Made by a program: the position numbers and the translations under genes. A stretch of DNA of 64,000 nucleotides from an uncultured Candidatus Saccharibacteria bacterium (GTDB taxonomy: Bacteria; Patescibacteriota; Saccharimonadia; Saccharimonadales; JAGQNJ01): positions 61,845 to 125,844 of the forward strand of contig CAYRSA010000004.1 in the NCBI GenBank assembly GCA_964426845.1. The letters run 5' to 3'. Below the pieces are notes generated by a model. That model made no database searches, was not told the DNA's origin, and saw only the letters and a list, made by a program, of their open reading frames with translations. Positions 10,775 to 20,258 of this stretch are shown in pieces. Numbering within the stretch: position 1 is the first letter of the stretch; every line of letters begins with the position of its first letter.

Positions 10775-11386
10775 CTAGCGGTGCGATCCGGGTTGATTGC
10801 GATACGGTTGCTTACTGCGACTACGAGAAGCCTGGTGGCTTAAAACATCTTGGCCTATCCTATAGCCCTTAACGTGTATGCGAGAAGGGGCCTGAGGGAA
10901 GTGAGGCCTAATCTTCGGTTTCCCCCGGCGAATGCGTGTGACTGAGAGATGGGGTTTAAATTTATCTTGAGCAGGAATTGTCACCTTCAACTCCTTTTTT
11001 ACAACTTCACCTATATGAGTTCGCATGCCCTCCAAAAAGGCACTTTTTACAACCGGTATGCCAATGTGTCGCTTAAATTTAGCTAGTGAATCACCATCAG
11101 GCGATAAAACTAGCTCTGAAAGAGGCATACTTCCAAGGTAGCGGGCAATTTCACCTTCGGCGCGGCCTAAGGCTCCGAGATCTCTGTCAGTCCAGACGTC
11201 AATAGCTGATTCGGCTGGCTCTAACATGGTTATATGAGCAGTGCCTGGATCGATAGGGTTACCATAACTCCCGGGCAGTTTAGTGAAGAAACTGGTCATG
11301 GCTCCAGTTTGTCCGTTGACAGTTAAGCCGACGTATAGACCTCTTTGTTCGGGAGATGGGAATGGTGCTGCTTGATTATCTGTCAT
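10775..11386 (-). CDS. 2H phosphoesterase superfamily protein (LigT/ThpR-like RNA 2',3'-cyclic phosphodiesterase)
   Basis: Two H-x-T/S-x motifs (AHITM and PHLSV) at the expected spacing. It lies immediately upstream of uvrA on the same strand. Confidence 0.55.
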   Translation of the reverse strand: MTDNQAAPFPSPEQRGLYVGLTVNGQTGAMTSFFTKLPGSYGNPIDPGTAHITMLEPAESAIDVWTDRDLGALGRAEGEIARYLGSMPLSELVLSPDGDSLAKFKRHIGIPVVKSAFLEGMRTHIGEVVKKELKVTIPAQDKFKPHLSVTRIRRGKPKIRPHFPQAPSRIHVKGYRIGQDVLSHQASRSRSKQPYRNQPGSHR

Positions 11387-11424
11387 TTTGTTATATCATA
11401 GCAAATCTTAATTTATGAGACAAT

Positions 11425-11832
11425 ATGACTATGAGATTGCTAAAAGTTCTTCTCACAGACCTCGCCGGCATCGGCCTGATCATCTTGTCGGTCCTAACTG
11501 GCTGGATTCCTGGCCCGGGTGGCATCCCTTTGTTTTTGGCTGGTCTTGGCCTGTTAGCTATCAACCATGAGTGGGCCCGTCGCTGGTTGCGCTGGCTCAA
11601 GCGTACTGGTCTAAAGCTGGCCGAAAAATTCTTTCGTGAGCACCCGGTTTTGATGATTATCTATGATGTTATTGCCATACTTTTAGTTGGAGCTGGAATT
11701 TTGGTTTTGGCAAGAATCGAAGGAATCGTAAAGGTCTCGGCCACTGTCCTAATCTTCCTAGGTCTTAGTTTGTTCTTAGGCAATCGCAAGAGGTTATCCA
11801 GGATTTTGCGATACTTTCGCAAACAAGCATAA
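11425..11832 (+). CDS. Small membrane protein, PGPGW-family-like (WIPGPGGIP motif), 2-3 TM
   Basis: A PGPGG motif at the end of TM1 resembles the Pfam 'putative transmembrane protein PGPGW' family. Confidence 0.45.
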   Translation: MTMRLLKVLLTDLAGIGLIILSVLTGWIPGPGGIPLFLAGLGLLAINHEWARRWLRWLKRTGLKLAEKFFREHPVLMIIYDVIAILLVGAGILVLARIEGIVKVSATVLIFLGLSLFLGNRKRLSRILRYFRKQA

Positions 11833-11911
11833 GCTTAATTGATACATGTTTGACTTTCTCGCAACTTAGTGTAAAATGTAGTTAAACACTAAGCCTCTTT
11901 GGGAGATAAGA

Positions 11912-12073
11912 ATGCTTGAATTTATCGTACTGGGACAAATCCCCGGAACTCACCTTCAAATTACCTTAGCCTGGTTCGCCTTTGCTGTTCTGGGTCTATT
12001 GATATGGGCTGATATAAAGTTCCACGCCAAGAAGAAGACAACCAAGCAAACCGCTAATCCATCACGGGCATAA
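11912..12073 (+). CDS. 53-aa single-TM small protein (MLEFIVLGQIPGTHLQITLAWFAFAVLGLLIWADIKFHAKKKTTKQTANPSRA)
   Basis: Upstream there is a TTGACT-16-TAAAAT promoter-like element and a GGGAGA SD. The 3' end overlaps the sbcB stop convergently. Below the ORF-track length cutoff. Confidence 0.35.
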   Translation: MLEFIVLGQIPGTHLQITLAWFAFAVLGLLIWADIKFHAKKKTTKQTANPSRA

Positions 12074-13496
12074 TGCTCTCGGCGTAAAGCCGTAGTTCTT
12101 CAATCAAATACTGCTTCTCCTCAGACAGGCCGCTGGCTGATAACTCCTGCAGTCTTTGCATATATCCCGGCCATTGTTTTTGTAGCCTAGTAAGACGGAA
12201 AGTCTCCCATTGGCTGCGTTCATCATCAGATAATTTCTTGGGGTAATTGCGAGCCTTATACAGCACCAGCAGATTTCTCAGCCGGTCATCCTCGAAAGCA
12301 AAACTATCTGCATTCAGGTCCTCTGGCTTGGCTGACCGGACTTTTTGCATAACACCGCGGTCTTTGTCGCTGAAAAAGCCGTCGTACAATTGAACATCTA
12401 CGTCACCTGGGTCACTAAGCAATCGAGTTTGCTGTTGTTTATCCAAAATATCCAGGGCCTTGAACAACTTCAGTACAAAAGTTTTGTCAGCCAGGGCGGT
12501 TTTGCGGTTAGCCTCAATCGTTGGCATGTCTAGGCTAAGCCGTTTCTGCGAGTCGGCGTCCAGCACTCCCAGAGGTGCAATCGCCGGGCAACGATTATAG
12601 CGCAGAGTTTTGACTGGTAAGCGCGGCTCATCGCTATCTTTTTTCCACTTCCAAGCTTCGACAAGTTGCTCGGCGGTCATTTTCAGAAATGGCCGAGGAT
12701 CCATACGCAAATCCCAGACCAAGGAGGCCGCCACTCTGGGGTGCTTAGCCAGGGTGCAGACCACTGTAGTTTTCTCGAACTCCCCGGCATACTTGCCGCT
12801 GGTGTAGACAAAGGGCTGACCGCCGGTAACCAATTTCTCCACGGCTTTTTTGTCGCGGATATCCAGTAGGTAGTCGAAAAGTTTGGGCTGTTTAGATTTC
12901 AGCAGTTTGGCTAATTCGATAGTGGCCATCACATCACTAAGAGCATCGTGTGCATGATCGTGGCTTAGCTTATTAACAGAGGCCAACATCTCCAAACGAT
13001 TAGCCGGCTTGCCCTCTGAGTCAAAAGGCCACTTGATGCCCTCAGGCCTTAGTGCTCTGGTCATGCGCACGACATCCAATATATCCCAACGGCTCCGACC
13101 ATCCTTCCATTGCCACTCATAGGCATCGTAGTAGTTGCGGTACAACAGAAAACGCATAAACTCATCATCAAAGCGCACGGTGTTAAAGCCGACGAAGATT
13201 GTACCGGGCACGGCAATCGACTGCTCAAAAACCTTTAGGAATTCGGCCTCAGTCATGCCCTCGGCAATAGTTTTCTGAGGTGTAATGCCAGTAATCATAA
13301 TGGCATCCGGACCGGGCAGGACATCGTCGGTCAAAGTGATTAGGATATTATCTGGCTCGCCGATAGGGTTGAGATCCAAATCGACCCGCTGGCCGGCGAA
13401 CTGCATAACTCGGTCGTTGCGAGCGCTAAAACCGCTGGTCTCCAGGTCGTAGAAGTACAGGCTAGTAGTCAATTTTGTAGTCTCCACTAATGCCAA
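12054..13496 (-). CDS. sbcB: Exodeoxyribonuclease I (SbcB)
   Basis: DnaQ-like exonuclease motifs (FYDLETSG, the H-x4-D motif HDALSD) and collinear similarity to E. coli ExoI, including the C-terminal QLYDGFFSDKDR block. Confidence 0.8.
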   Translation of the reverse strand: MALVETTKLTTSLYFYDLETSGFSARNDRVMQFAGQRVDLDLNPIGEPDNILITLTDDVLPGPDAIMITGITPQKTIAEGMTEAEFLKVFEQSIAVPGTIFVGFNTVRFDDEFMRFLLYRNYYDAYEWQWKDGRSRWDILDVVRMTRALRPEGIKWPFDSEGKPANRLEMLASVNKLSHDHAHDALSDVMATIELAKLLKSKQPKLFDYLLDIRDKKAVEKLVTGGQPFVYTSGKYAGEFEKTTVVCTLAKHPRVAASLVWDLRMDPRPFLKMTAEQLVEAWKWKKDSDEPRLPVKTLRYNRCPAIAPLGVLDADSQKRLSLDMPTIEANRKTALADKTFVLKLFKALDILDKQQQTRLLSDPGDVDVQLYDGFFSDKDRGVMQKVRSAKPEDLNADSFAFEDDRLRNLLVLYKARNYPKKLSDDERSQWETFRLTRLQKQWPGYMQRLQELSASGLSEEKQYLIEELRLYAESIMPVMD

Positions 13497-14730
13497 TTTG
13501 GATGGTGGTGCCTGGCTCGATCTGTTGTTTCTGGAGATAGGACATGATGCCCATCTTGCGCATAATATCCCTCAAACGCCGAACGCCATGAGGATTTTCA
13601 AAATCAGTTCGATGAGCAAACTTCTCAATCTTAGTACCCGTAACCACAAAACCTTTTCGATTCTTGACTACTTTCCAAGGAATTTCGTGACGTTCCAATG
13701 AAATCACCGGCAGAGCCTGGGGCTTTTTAGCAGACTTAGCCCGCTCTTTAATCACAATTTTCTGTAAAGCCCGTAGTAACTCTACGACCCCTTGTTTGCT
13801 TGCCGCCGAGATAGCCACCACCGGCGTGCCCCGCTTGACCAAAGTTTTGAGCTCTTTTATACGGTCATCAACGATGTCCTGGTCCAGGCCATCAACTTTA
13901 TTCAAAGCCACAATCTGTGGCTTTTTGCTGAGGTCTACCTGATAACTCTTGAGCTCGTTCTGGATGACTTGGTAAGCCTCGGTCACCGAGTCCTGGTAGG
14001 CATCAATTAGATGGATCAGCACGGCTGTACGTTCGATATGGCGCAGGAAATCATCGCCCAGACCCTTACCTTCGGAAGCGCCTTCGATTATACCTGGGAT
14101 GTCGGCCATCAGCAAACTCGAGCCGTCAATGTCCACCACACCCAAGTTCGGGGACAGAGTCGTGAAAGCGTAATCAGCAATTTCCGGCCGGGCGTTACTA
14201 ACAGAGGCCAATAGTGTTGATTTGCCGGCATTGGGTAGTCCTACCAAACCAACATCGGCAATCATTTTCAGCTCCATACGAACTGTTAATTCATCGCCTT
14301 TTTCGCCCTTTTCAGCCACTCGAGGAGCTTGGCGAACCGAGCTAGTAAAATGAGCGTTACCATAGCCACCTCGGCCACCCTGAGCCACTACTGCCTTCTG
14401 ACCATCGACAGTCAAATCTGCCAGGACTTTGCCCTCTTCATTAATCACTACCGTACCGACTGGTACAGACAGCTCCAAATCAGTGCCGTTCTTACCGTGT
14501 TTCTTCTGCTTACTACCCGCCGTACCAGAGCCAGCTGACATAACTTTTTTATAACGATAGTTAGCTAGGGTATCTTGATTACGGCTGGCCACCAAAATGA
14601 CGTCACCGCCATCGCCGCCATCACCACCGTCCGGACCGCCCTTATCGACATAAATCTCATGCCGAAAACTGACGGCGCCATTGCCGCCGTCGCCTGCTTT
14701 CAAAGCCAGTTCTACATTATCTACAAACAT
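13462..14730 (-). CDS. obg: GTPase Obg (ObgE/CgtA)
   Basis: Gly-rich Obg fold (GDGGNG, GGDGGDGG), G domain (GLPNAGKST, DIPG, NKVD) and a C-terminal OCT/TGS-like domain. Confidence 0.95.
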   Translation of the reverse strand: MFVDNVELALKAGDGGNGAVSFRHEIYVDKGGPDGGDGGDGGDVILVASRNQDTLANYRYKKVMSAGSGTAGSKQKKHGKNGTDLELSVPVGTVVINEEGKVLADLTVDGQKAVVAQGGRGGYGNAHFTSSVRQAPRVAEKGEKGDELTVRMELKMIADVGLVGLPNAGKSTLLASVSNARPEIADYAFTTLSPNLGVVDIDGSSLLMADIPGIIEGASEGKGLGDDFLRHIERTAVLIHLIDAYQDSVTEAYQVIQNELKSYQVDLSKKPQIVALNKVDGLDQDIVDDRIKELKTLVKRGTPVVAISAASKQGVVELLRALQKIVIKERAKSAKKPQALPVISLERHEIPWKVVKNRKGFVVTGTKIEKFAHRTDFENPHGVRRLRDIMRKMGIMSYLQKQQIEPGTTIQIGISGDYKIDY

Positions 14731-14799
14731 ATCTACCTAACAGTGTCCCATGCCAGCACCACCCCTGTCCAGTTCAATAACCATTCACTTAATTAGTTG

Positions 14800-15807
14800 T
14801 TAATCATTCATCCTGTAGGCTTTGATGGCCGCGACAAGCTCCTCTTCTCGCAGATCCCCACGCGCTGAATACCTCAAAAACGACTCTGTCATGTCTTGGG
14901 GATCAAGTGGCTTATCAGGGTCTTGTCCTATAACCCGACGAATCAGCTGGTTAGCCATGGCCGTCATAAGCAGCATCATTCTAAACTTCTCTTCTTCATC
15001 AGCGTCTAGTACAATCTCACCACCTTGCTCTAATTTTGTAGCGTGTTCGATCCCAGGAAAAGTTACATCCCAAATAGTTCGTAGTGACTTAGCAAAGTCC
15101 ATAAGGCTGGCGGGATGATAGGCCACCTCTGCCGCCACAACCCGTGACTGGGCCTCACCTTCTATAATCCGAAGCATTTCCGTAATCATATTCCAGTGCC
15201 CAGCACAAACTAAGTTCGATTCAAGGGATTTTCTGTCGACGATGACCTCTGCCAAAGCATCAGCCGAAAACGGTTGCCGGAGATATTCTTGCCGATGTTC
15301 TTGCTTAGCTAGCCACCCCCAGCTTTCCCTATCAACCACGCCATGGAAACCTCTCAGCGCCCGGTTAAGTAAGATTGCGGGTGGTGGTAGCTCGCCGTTC
15401 AGGTAGTCGGGGTTTTGTTGCCATAGCAAGTAGCGAGGCAGTTCTATGCCGGTATGGGCGATTCTTAGGGCGTCAGAGTTGGTCAAAGGAAGTTCAGCTC
15501 TTTCGTTGAATATATAAGCACCTCTTAAGCTACGTAATATATCCATGGCCTCACCGAAGTGTTCTTGGGCATTTCGTCTTTCAGTGGTGTTGATAATTCC
15601 GCCGTGCTGGCGGCGCTTAGTAATATCATCTGTTGGAAACAGGCCTAAAGCCATTTGCGGGCCGGCCGGGTTATAGTCATTCGGAGAAAAGGCTAAGTAC
15701 GGAAAGCCATTGGCGTCAAAAATTTCTTCAAACTCGAATACATCAAAGATATTAGGATCTTTAAAATCTGAGACTTGGGTTAGGGTCTCGGGGTTAAGCA
15801 CCGGCAT
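14800..15807 (-). CDS. Hypothetical protein, 335 aa
   Basis: ORF only; no recognised motif. Confidence 0.45.
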   Translation of the reverse strand: MPVLNPETLTQVSDFKDPNIFDVFEFEEIFDANGFPYLAFSPNDYNPAGPQMALGLFPTDDITKRRQHGGIINTTERRNAQEHFGEAMDILRSLRGAYIFNERAELPLTNSDALRIAHTGIELPRYLLWQQNPDYLNGELPPPAILLNRALRGFHGVVDRESWGWLAKQEHRQEYLRQPFSADALAEVIVDRKSLESNLVCAGHWNMITEMLRIIEGEAQSRVVAAEVAYHPASLMDFAKSLRTIWDVTFPGIEHATKLEQGGEIVLDADEEEKFRMMLLMTAMANQLIRRVIGQDPDKPLDPQDMTESFLRYSARGDLREEELVAAIKAYRMND

Positions 15808-15854
15808 TACTTTATAATAACATCTTAGATGCTATTTAGCAATAATGTGGCTTG

Positions 15855-16907
15855 TTAGTAGATGTAGCCGTAGCCAGCCGCTTGCTCAGCCGAGAGAGTC
15901 TTGCGTGAAACCACGCCCCATCCGGCTACGTTCATTTCAGAGACGTTGACGCTACCGTCGCCGTTAACCGATTCCACATAACCGACGTGGCCGTAATAGT
16001 CGCGTGGTGGTGTCCAGATAACTGCTCCAGCTCGAGGTACGTTACCTGTACTGAAACCCGCCCGCTGGGCTAGAACCTTCCAGGTGCTAGCGTTACCCAA
16101 GTTGCTTGGCAACTCTGGCTTACGGTTCTTTACATACCAAGTACAGTAGCCATAGTCATAGCCGTTGCTGCCGTAGACTGCGCCGCCGCCCCATGCAAAG
16201 CCACCGGCACCAGATACATTGGCCAGACTTGGTCGGCCAGTCGCTCGAGCCGCCGGCTGGGCGCCCGGCAAGACGATATACTCACCAACTGGCAAGTTGC
16301 CGGCCTCTAGGTCGTTAAAACTGACAACCTGATCACGATTGGCTTGGTATTTAGCCATAACACTGTCGATACTGTCGCCAGCCGCCACCTTGTAAACAAT
16401 GCCGTTAATTGGCGAAATAACTAGGGTTCGGCCGGCAGCCACAGCATCTCCGGTTATGCCGTTGGACCAGCGGATAGTGTCAGAGGTTACCCCGAACTTA
16501 GCGGCAATTGCCGAGACATCCTCGCCTGGCTGAACAGTATAGTTCTGAATATCGGCTCGGGACTTCAGAGCCGTAGCAATCACCTGTGGCTTGGCAGCTA
16601 CCACGTTGTCAGCCGGAGCAATTGTTAACTGAGCATTAACTGTATCGGCCTTGTTAGCTACTGACGAAGTCTCTGGCAAGTAGGCGGCAGCCGCTACGTT
16701 AAAGGCGATGTCAGCCGAAGACAGCTCATCCAGAGGATTAACTACTTCGTCAGCGGCCGCTGTGGCCACCGGCGCACTGTTAACCTGTGAGGTGTTGCTA
16801 GTCTGTGGTTTTTGAGCCACAAAGGCTATAACCACGATTAATAAAACGGCGTTTCCCGCTAACAGGGAGTAACGAATCGTGCGACCACGATTCTTTTTAG
16901 AGAACAT
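15855..16907 (-). CDS. Peptidoglycan hydrolase: N-terminal signal anchor, 2x LysM, C-terminal CHAP domain
   Basis: LysM repeats (YTVQPGEDVSAIAAKFGV; YKVAAGDSIDSVMAKY) and a CHAP Cys/His pair (CTWYV...GHVGYV). Confidence 0.8.
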   Translation of the reverse strand: MFSKKNRGRTIRYSLLAGNAVLLIVVIAFVAQKPQTSNTSQVNSAPVATAAADEVVNPLDELSSADIAFNVAAAAYLPETSSVANKADTVNAQLTIAPADNVVAAKPQVIATALKSRADIQNYTVQPGEDVSAIAAKFGVTSDTIRWSNGITGDAVAAGRTLVISPINGIVYKVAAGDSIDSVMAKYQANRDQVVSFNDLEAGNLPVGEYIVLPGAQPAARATGRPSLANVSGAGGFAWGGGAVYGSNGYDYGYCTWYVKNRKPELPSNLGNASTWKVLAQRAGFSTGNVPRAGAVIWTPPRDYYGHVGYVESVNGDGSVNVSEMNVAGWGVVSRKTLSAEQAAGYGYIY

Positions 16908-17137
16908 GCGCCGATACCAGCGTTGCTTCTTGATATCGGACTGCAGATGACCCAGACGGGTAGAAACTTCTTGACTTACGACTTCAGTGGTACGAATACC
17001 AGCCTCCGTTTACGTTGTTAGCAATTCTTACCTCTGTTATAACAGATAACATTAGTTAAAATTGCACCTCCCAGTATAGCACAATCGGGGACATGTAAAC
17101 ACCCTTTTTATGCTTATTCTGACCCCTGTTATTTGTA

Positions 17138-18172
17138 TTAATTGCAGAGTGTTTTACAATATTTTTCAACATTTGTCTGGTGTTCTTCGGCGGTAAAGGC
17201 AAAATAAGTCTTGCCGTCGTCACCAGCCACGAAGTAGACATATTGGGTGGTAGCCGGATTAGCTACAGCCGCCAGCGACCCTTCCGAGACATTGCTGATT
17301 GGCCCGACTGGCAAGCCGTTATTCGTGAAGGTGTTGTAGGCCGAATCATACTGTAAACTAGGCTTCTTGCCGTCGTTGATAGCACCATATAAAACCGTCA
17401 CGTCCGACTGCAGGGGCATACCGTCGCGCAGACGTTTAAGGAAAACTTGAGCCACCACTTGACGATCAGTTGGGTTGCTTACCTCTTGTTCCACCATCGA
17501 GGCCAGGATAATGGCTTGGTGACCGCTTAGTCCCTGAGCGGCTACGGCTTGACGCCAAGCCGGAGTTAGTCGCTTTTGCATCTCGTCCAAGCTAGCTTTG
17601 ATAACATCTGATGGAGTAGTAGCGGCTGTTTTCTGGAAGGACTCCGGATACAAATAGCCCTCCAGGTTGGCCTCGGCCGGTTTGTCTACCAAAGCCGGAT
17701 GACCGGCATACTGAGCTGGGTCGAGGGCCGCATCAACATCTTCGGGTTTGAAACCACTGTTAATCAAGGCGGCTCGCACCTGGTCAATCCGGGCCCCGGG
17801 CAAAATAGTCACAAGGTCAGTGGCCACCACTCCGTGGGCTAAAACTTCAACAATTCGGGGCACACCCTGCGACGGAGTTAGAGCATAGGTGCCGGCTTTC
17901 AAGTCGTCCTTCAAGGTGCTGTTGCGAACATACCACTCAAAAGCCCAGGCTTCACGAATAACGCCTTTTTGCTTCAAGTTAGCGGCGATTTCTTGGACCG
18001 ACGAACCACTTGGAATATCTACCAGCACAATATTCTGGGAACTACTAACCGGTTGCAAGGCTCGGTCGTAAGTCACTCTAACTAGTACGGCGGCCACTAA
18101 AATCATAATCACGATCACCGTCACTATAGCCGCGATGATCTTGGTTTTCTTGGTCCAGGTTTTCCAAATCAT
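17138..18172 (-). CDS. mltG: Endolytic murein transglycosylase MltG (YceG family)
   Basis: N-terminal TM then a YceG-like domain. It follows ruvX in conserved synteny. Confidence 0.85.
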   Translation of the reverse strand: MIWKTWTKKTKIIAAIVTVIVIMILVAAVLVRVTYDRALQPVSSSQNIVLVDIPSGSSVQEIAANLKQKGVIREAWAFEWYVRNSTLKDDLKAGTYALTPSQGVPRIVEVLAHGVVATDLVTILPGARIDQVRAALINSGFKPEDVDAALDPAQYAGHPALVDKPAEANLEGYLYPESFQKTAATTPSDVIKASLDEMQKRLTPAWRQAVAAQGLSGHQAIILASMVEQEVSNPTDRQVVAQVFLKRLRDGMPLQSDVTVLYGAINDGKKPSLQYDSAYNTFTNNGLPVGPISNVSEGSLAAVANPATTQYVYFVAGDDGKTYFAFTAEEHQTNVEKYCKTLCN

Positions 18173-18582
18173 GTCTGCTCCTCGATGTAATCTTGCAATA
18201 TTAGTGTAGCAGCTTCGGCATCTATGTCTTCTTTGGCATACGGCTTACCCCGCTGTTTAAGTCTAGCTTCAGCCCGGATGGAGCTCTCGGCCTCGTCCTG
18301 AAAGACAAAGTCTACTGCTATTGACTCCTTTAATTTGTCTATGAAATCACGTACGAAACGAGTCTGATCAGTATCTTCTTGGTTGCGGTTCTGGGGCAAG
18401 CCGACCACCACCCTTTTGGCCTCAGCTTCATCAATAAGGCCTGTCAGAGTCTTGACCACGACATCATCGTTGGTGATGGTTTTCAGGGGCTCAGCAATTC
18501 GAGCAATAGAGTTGGCCCGAGCCACACCAATCCGGACAGCTCCGACGTCAAGACACAGTACAGTTTCGTCAGCGCCACTCAT
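18169..18582 (-). CDS. ruvX: Putative pre-16S rRNA nuclease / Holliday junction resolvase-like YqgF (RuvX)
   Basis: 137 aa RNase H-like YqgF fold (LCLDVGAVRIGVA...). Confidence 0.8.
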   Translation of the reverse strand: MSGADETVLCLDVGAVRIGVARANSIARIAEPLKTITNDDVVVKTLTGLIDEAEAKRVVVGLPQNRNQEDTDQTRFVRDFIDKLKESIAVDFVFQDEAESSIRAEARLKQRGKPYAKEDIDAEAATLILQDYIEEQT

Positions 18583-20256
18583 CTATTGATTGGCCGATTT
18601 AAATTCGATGGTTATTTTGCTGGCCTTTTTTGGCGTTCGCGATACCCAGAATGGACTGTAATTGACTTCGACAGCCTTAACGCCGGGCAGAGCTTTGACA
18701 ATGTTCTCGGTCTCGCCAGACTTCTTTCCTAAGATGTCATTCTTCAGAGCCTCGGTATCAATGTCCGGTCCAACTTCAGCTTTGGTAGTTACTTCAATAA
18801 TCGTGTCGCCATTATCAGCTACTGACTTAACAGTGTAAGTCGCTTCGTCCAGCCCATCTTCTTGGACTTGCTGCCGCTGAGTATCGATTTGGTCTTTGAG
18901 GCTATTGCTGACCATTTTCTTTAGGTCATCGCGCTTTACACCCAGCATGGAGTAGTCTGCGCTGTAGGTCACCTTGACTTCGCCGCCTTCTTGATCAACA
19001 GCTGGCGACGGAGTAGTGGCTTCGTTGGACTTCTTAAATGTCTCATCGATCACAAAATAGCCAGTCTGTTCTAGCTGTTGCTGCAGGTTTTTCTTTGAAA
19101 CATCATCTTTAGCGCTGATTTTAGCCTTAGCGGTATCAACATCTTGCTGAGTCACCACCTTAACAATATTGCTACTACCGCCCGTTGTGCTACCAGAGCC
19201 GCTAACTTCCGAGCGTCCAGACACCGTAAAGGTGGCGCCATTCAAGTTGTAGTTAGCGCCTGGACCAGTAGCTGTGACGTTAGTGTTGCCACCAGTAAAG
19301 TTAATGCAGCTGCCAGAAATCGTCCCTGGAGTGAAAGACACTGCTTGGGCAGTCACAAAATTCAGGCCGTTGCTGCTGATTGTTGTGCCGGCTGGCACTG
19401 AACTGGGCGTTGAAAAGCTGTTACAGACTTTAGCCGAGAGGTTAACCGTACCAGTAGCCTTGGCCCCGACGTCTTTCTGTCCGGTAGCCGGCGCCGTCGC
19501 CGTTTCGTTAACTTTCTCGGAAACTTCTTTAGCTGGCACCACACTGGCCGACTCATCAATGTTGGTAGCTGCTGGACTGGCGGTGAAAGCAAAATTGGTG
19601 TCGACCGATTCAGTGTTCGTTTCGATTACAATAGTGGCCTTAGGCCAAACCACTACGGCCATGACTAAAAGGAAGATTCCAGCAATCAGAGCCCCGCCGA
19701 CTATGAAGATTTTTTTGCGGAACTTCTCGAAGTTAGGAATTTTAGCCGGCTTACCGTTTTTGCTGCCCTTGGACTTCTTAGCCTTTTTGGCTGAGCTGGC
19801 CGCCGGTGCAGCCGCCTCTTGCCCCATATCAATAGTGTCATCGTCCTTATCCCGGCTGGTGGCTGCGCCGGCCAGGGCGCCGACGGCCGCGGCTTTGCCC
19901 AGGTCGCCGTCTTTTTCTGGCTCTAACTCGGCTTCCAATTCTTCGTCATCTACAACTTTTTTGTCAGGTGCATCGGGAATCTCTGGCTTAGAACTGAGAT
20001 TTTTAGCCACGTACATACCGGTGGCACCAGCCAAAGGCAGCAGGCCTTTCTCAGAGGTGATCAGGACTGGACTTTTGCCAGCTTCGTCGGCCGCCCGCTT
20101 GAGTAGCTTCATGTTGACGATGCTCTGCAGAGCCGTGGCTCGCTTGGGTAGCACCAAGGCCACGATTTTGGAATCGCTTTTGCCAAGCTTGTCGATAATC
20201 GAGGTTATCTCGTCATCAATATCGACATAAATTGTGTCTTTTTTCTCGGCAGCCAT
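18583..20256 (-). CDS. Bitopic membrane protein of unknown function: ~90-aa cytoplasmic domain, acidic/Lys-rich linker, one TM, ~330-aa Ser/Thr/Gly-rich extracytoplasmic domain
   Basis: Hydropathy read from the translation. Starts 2 nt after the ftsA-like gene, so likely co-transcribed. Confidence 0.55.
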   Translation of the reverse strand: MAAEKKDTIYVDIDDEITSIIDKLGKSDSKIVALVLPKRATALQSIVNMKLLKRAADEAGKSPVLITSEKGLLPLAGATGMYVAKNLSSKPEIPDAPDKKVVDDEELEAELEPEKDGDLGKAAAVGALAGAATSRDKDDDTIDMGQEAAAPAASSAKKAKKSKGSKNGKPAKIPNFEKFRKKIFIVGGALIAGIFLLVMAVVVWPKATIVIETNTESVDTNFAFTASPAATNIDESASVVPAKEVSEKVNETATAPATGQKDVGAKATGTVNLSAKVCNSFSTPSSVPAGTTISSNGLNFVTAQAVSFTPGTISGSCINFTGGNTNVTATGPGANYNLNGATFTVSGRSEVSGSGSTTGGSSNIVKVVTQQDVDTAKAKISAKDDVSKKNLQQQLEQTGYFVIDETFKKSNEATTPSPAVDQEGGEVKVTYSADYSMLGVKRDDLKKMVSNSLKDQIDTQRQQVQEDGLDEATYTVKSVADNGDTIIEVTTKAEVGPDIDTEALKNDILGKKSGETENIVKALPGVKAVEVNYSPFWVSRTPKKASKITIEFKSANQ

Positions 20257-20258
20257 GG

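Noticed and set aside
10751-10930. GC-rich, stem-rich stretch that looked like a structured RNA (SRP RNA, RNase P or tmRNA candidate) between uvrA and the LigT-like gene
   Set aside because: It lies in frame inside the 3' end of the 10775-11386 ORF. No SRP (GGAAG...AGCAGC), RNase P (GGAAAGUCCGGGC) or tmRNA signatures are present on either strand.
13462-13496. A 35-nt overlap between the obg 3' end and the sbcB 5' end as evidence of a wrong sbcB start
   Set aside because: The conserved ExoI N-terminal motif (FYDLETSG) lies only ~15 codons from the annotated ATG, and no alternative in-frame start preserves it. A modest overlap is plausible.
17034-17045. 12-bp perfect palindrome CTGTTATAACAG as a repressor operator
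   Set aside because: The same TGTTATAA(T/C) core recurs as an extended -10 in front of several genes. The palindrome is more simply two back-to-back -10 elements forming a bidirectional promoter.
19274-20230. 318-aa plus-strand ORF, and similar long antisense ORFs (35969-36598, 46476-46982, 49237-49800, 61317-61910, 60912-61211)
   Set aside because: All lie antisense to well-supported conserved genes and have low-complexity Ala/Ser/Pro-rich translations typical of GC-biased antisense frames.
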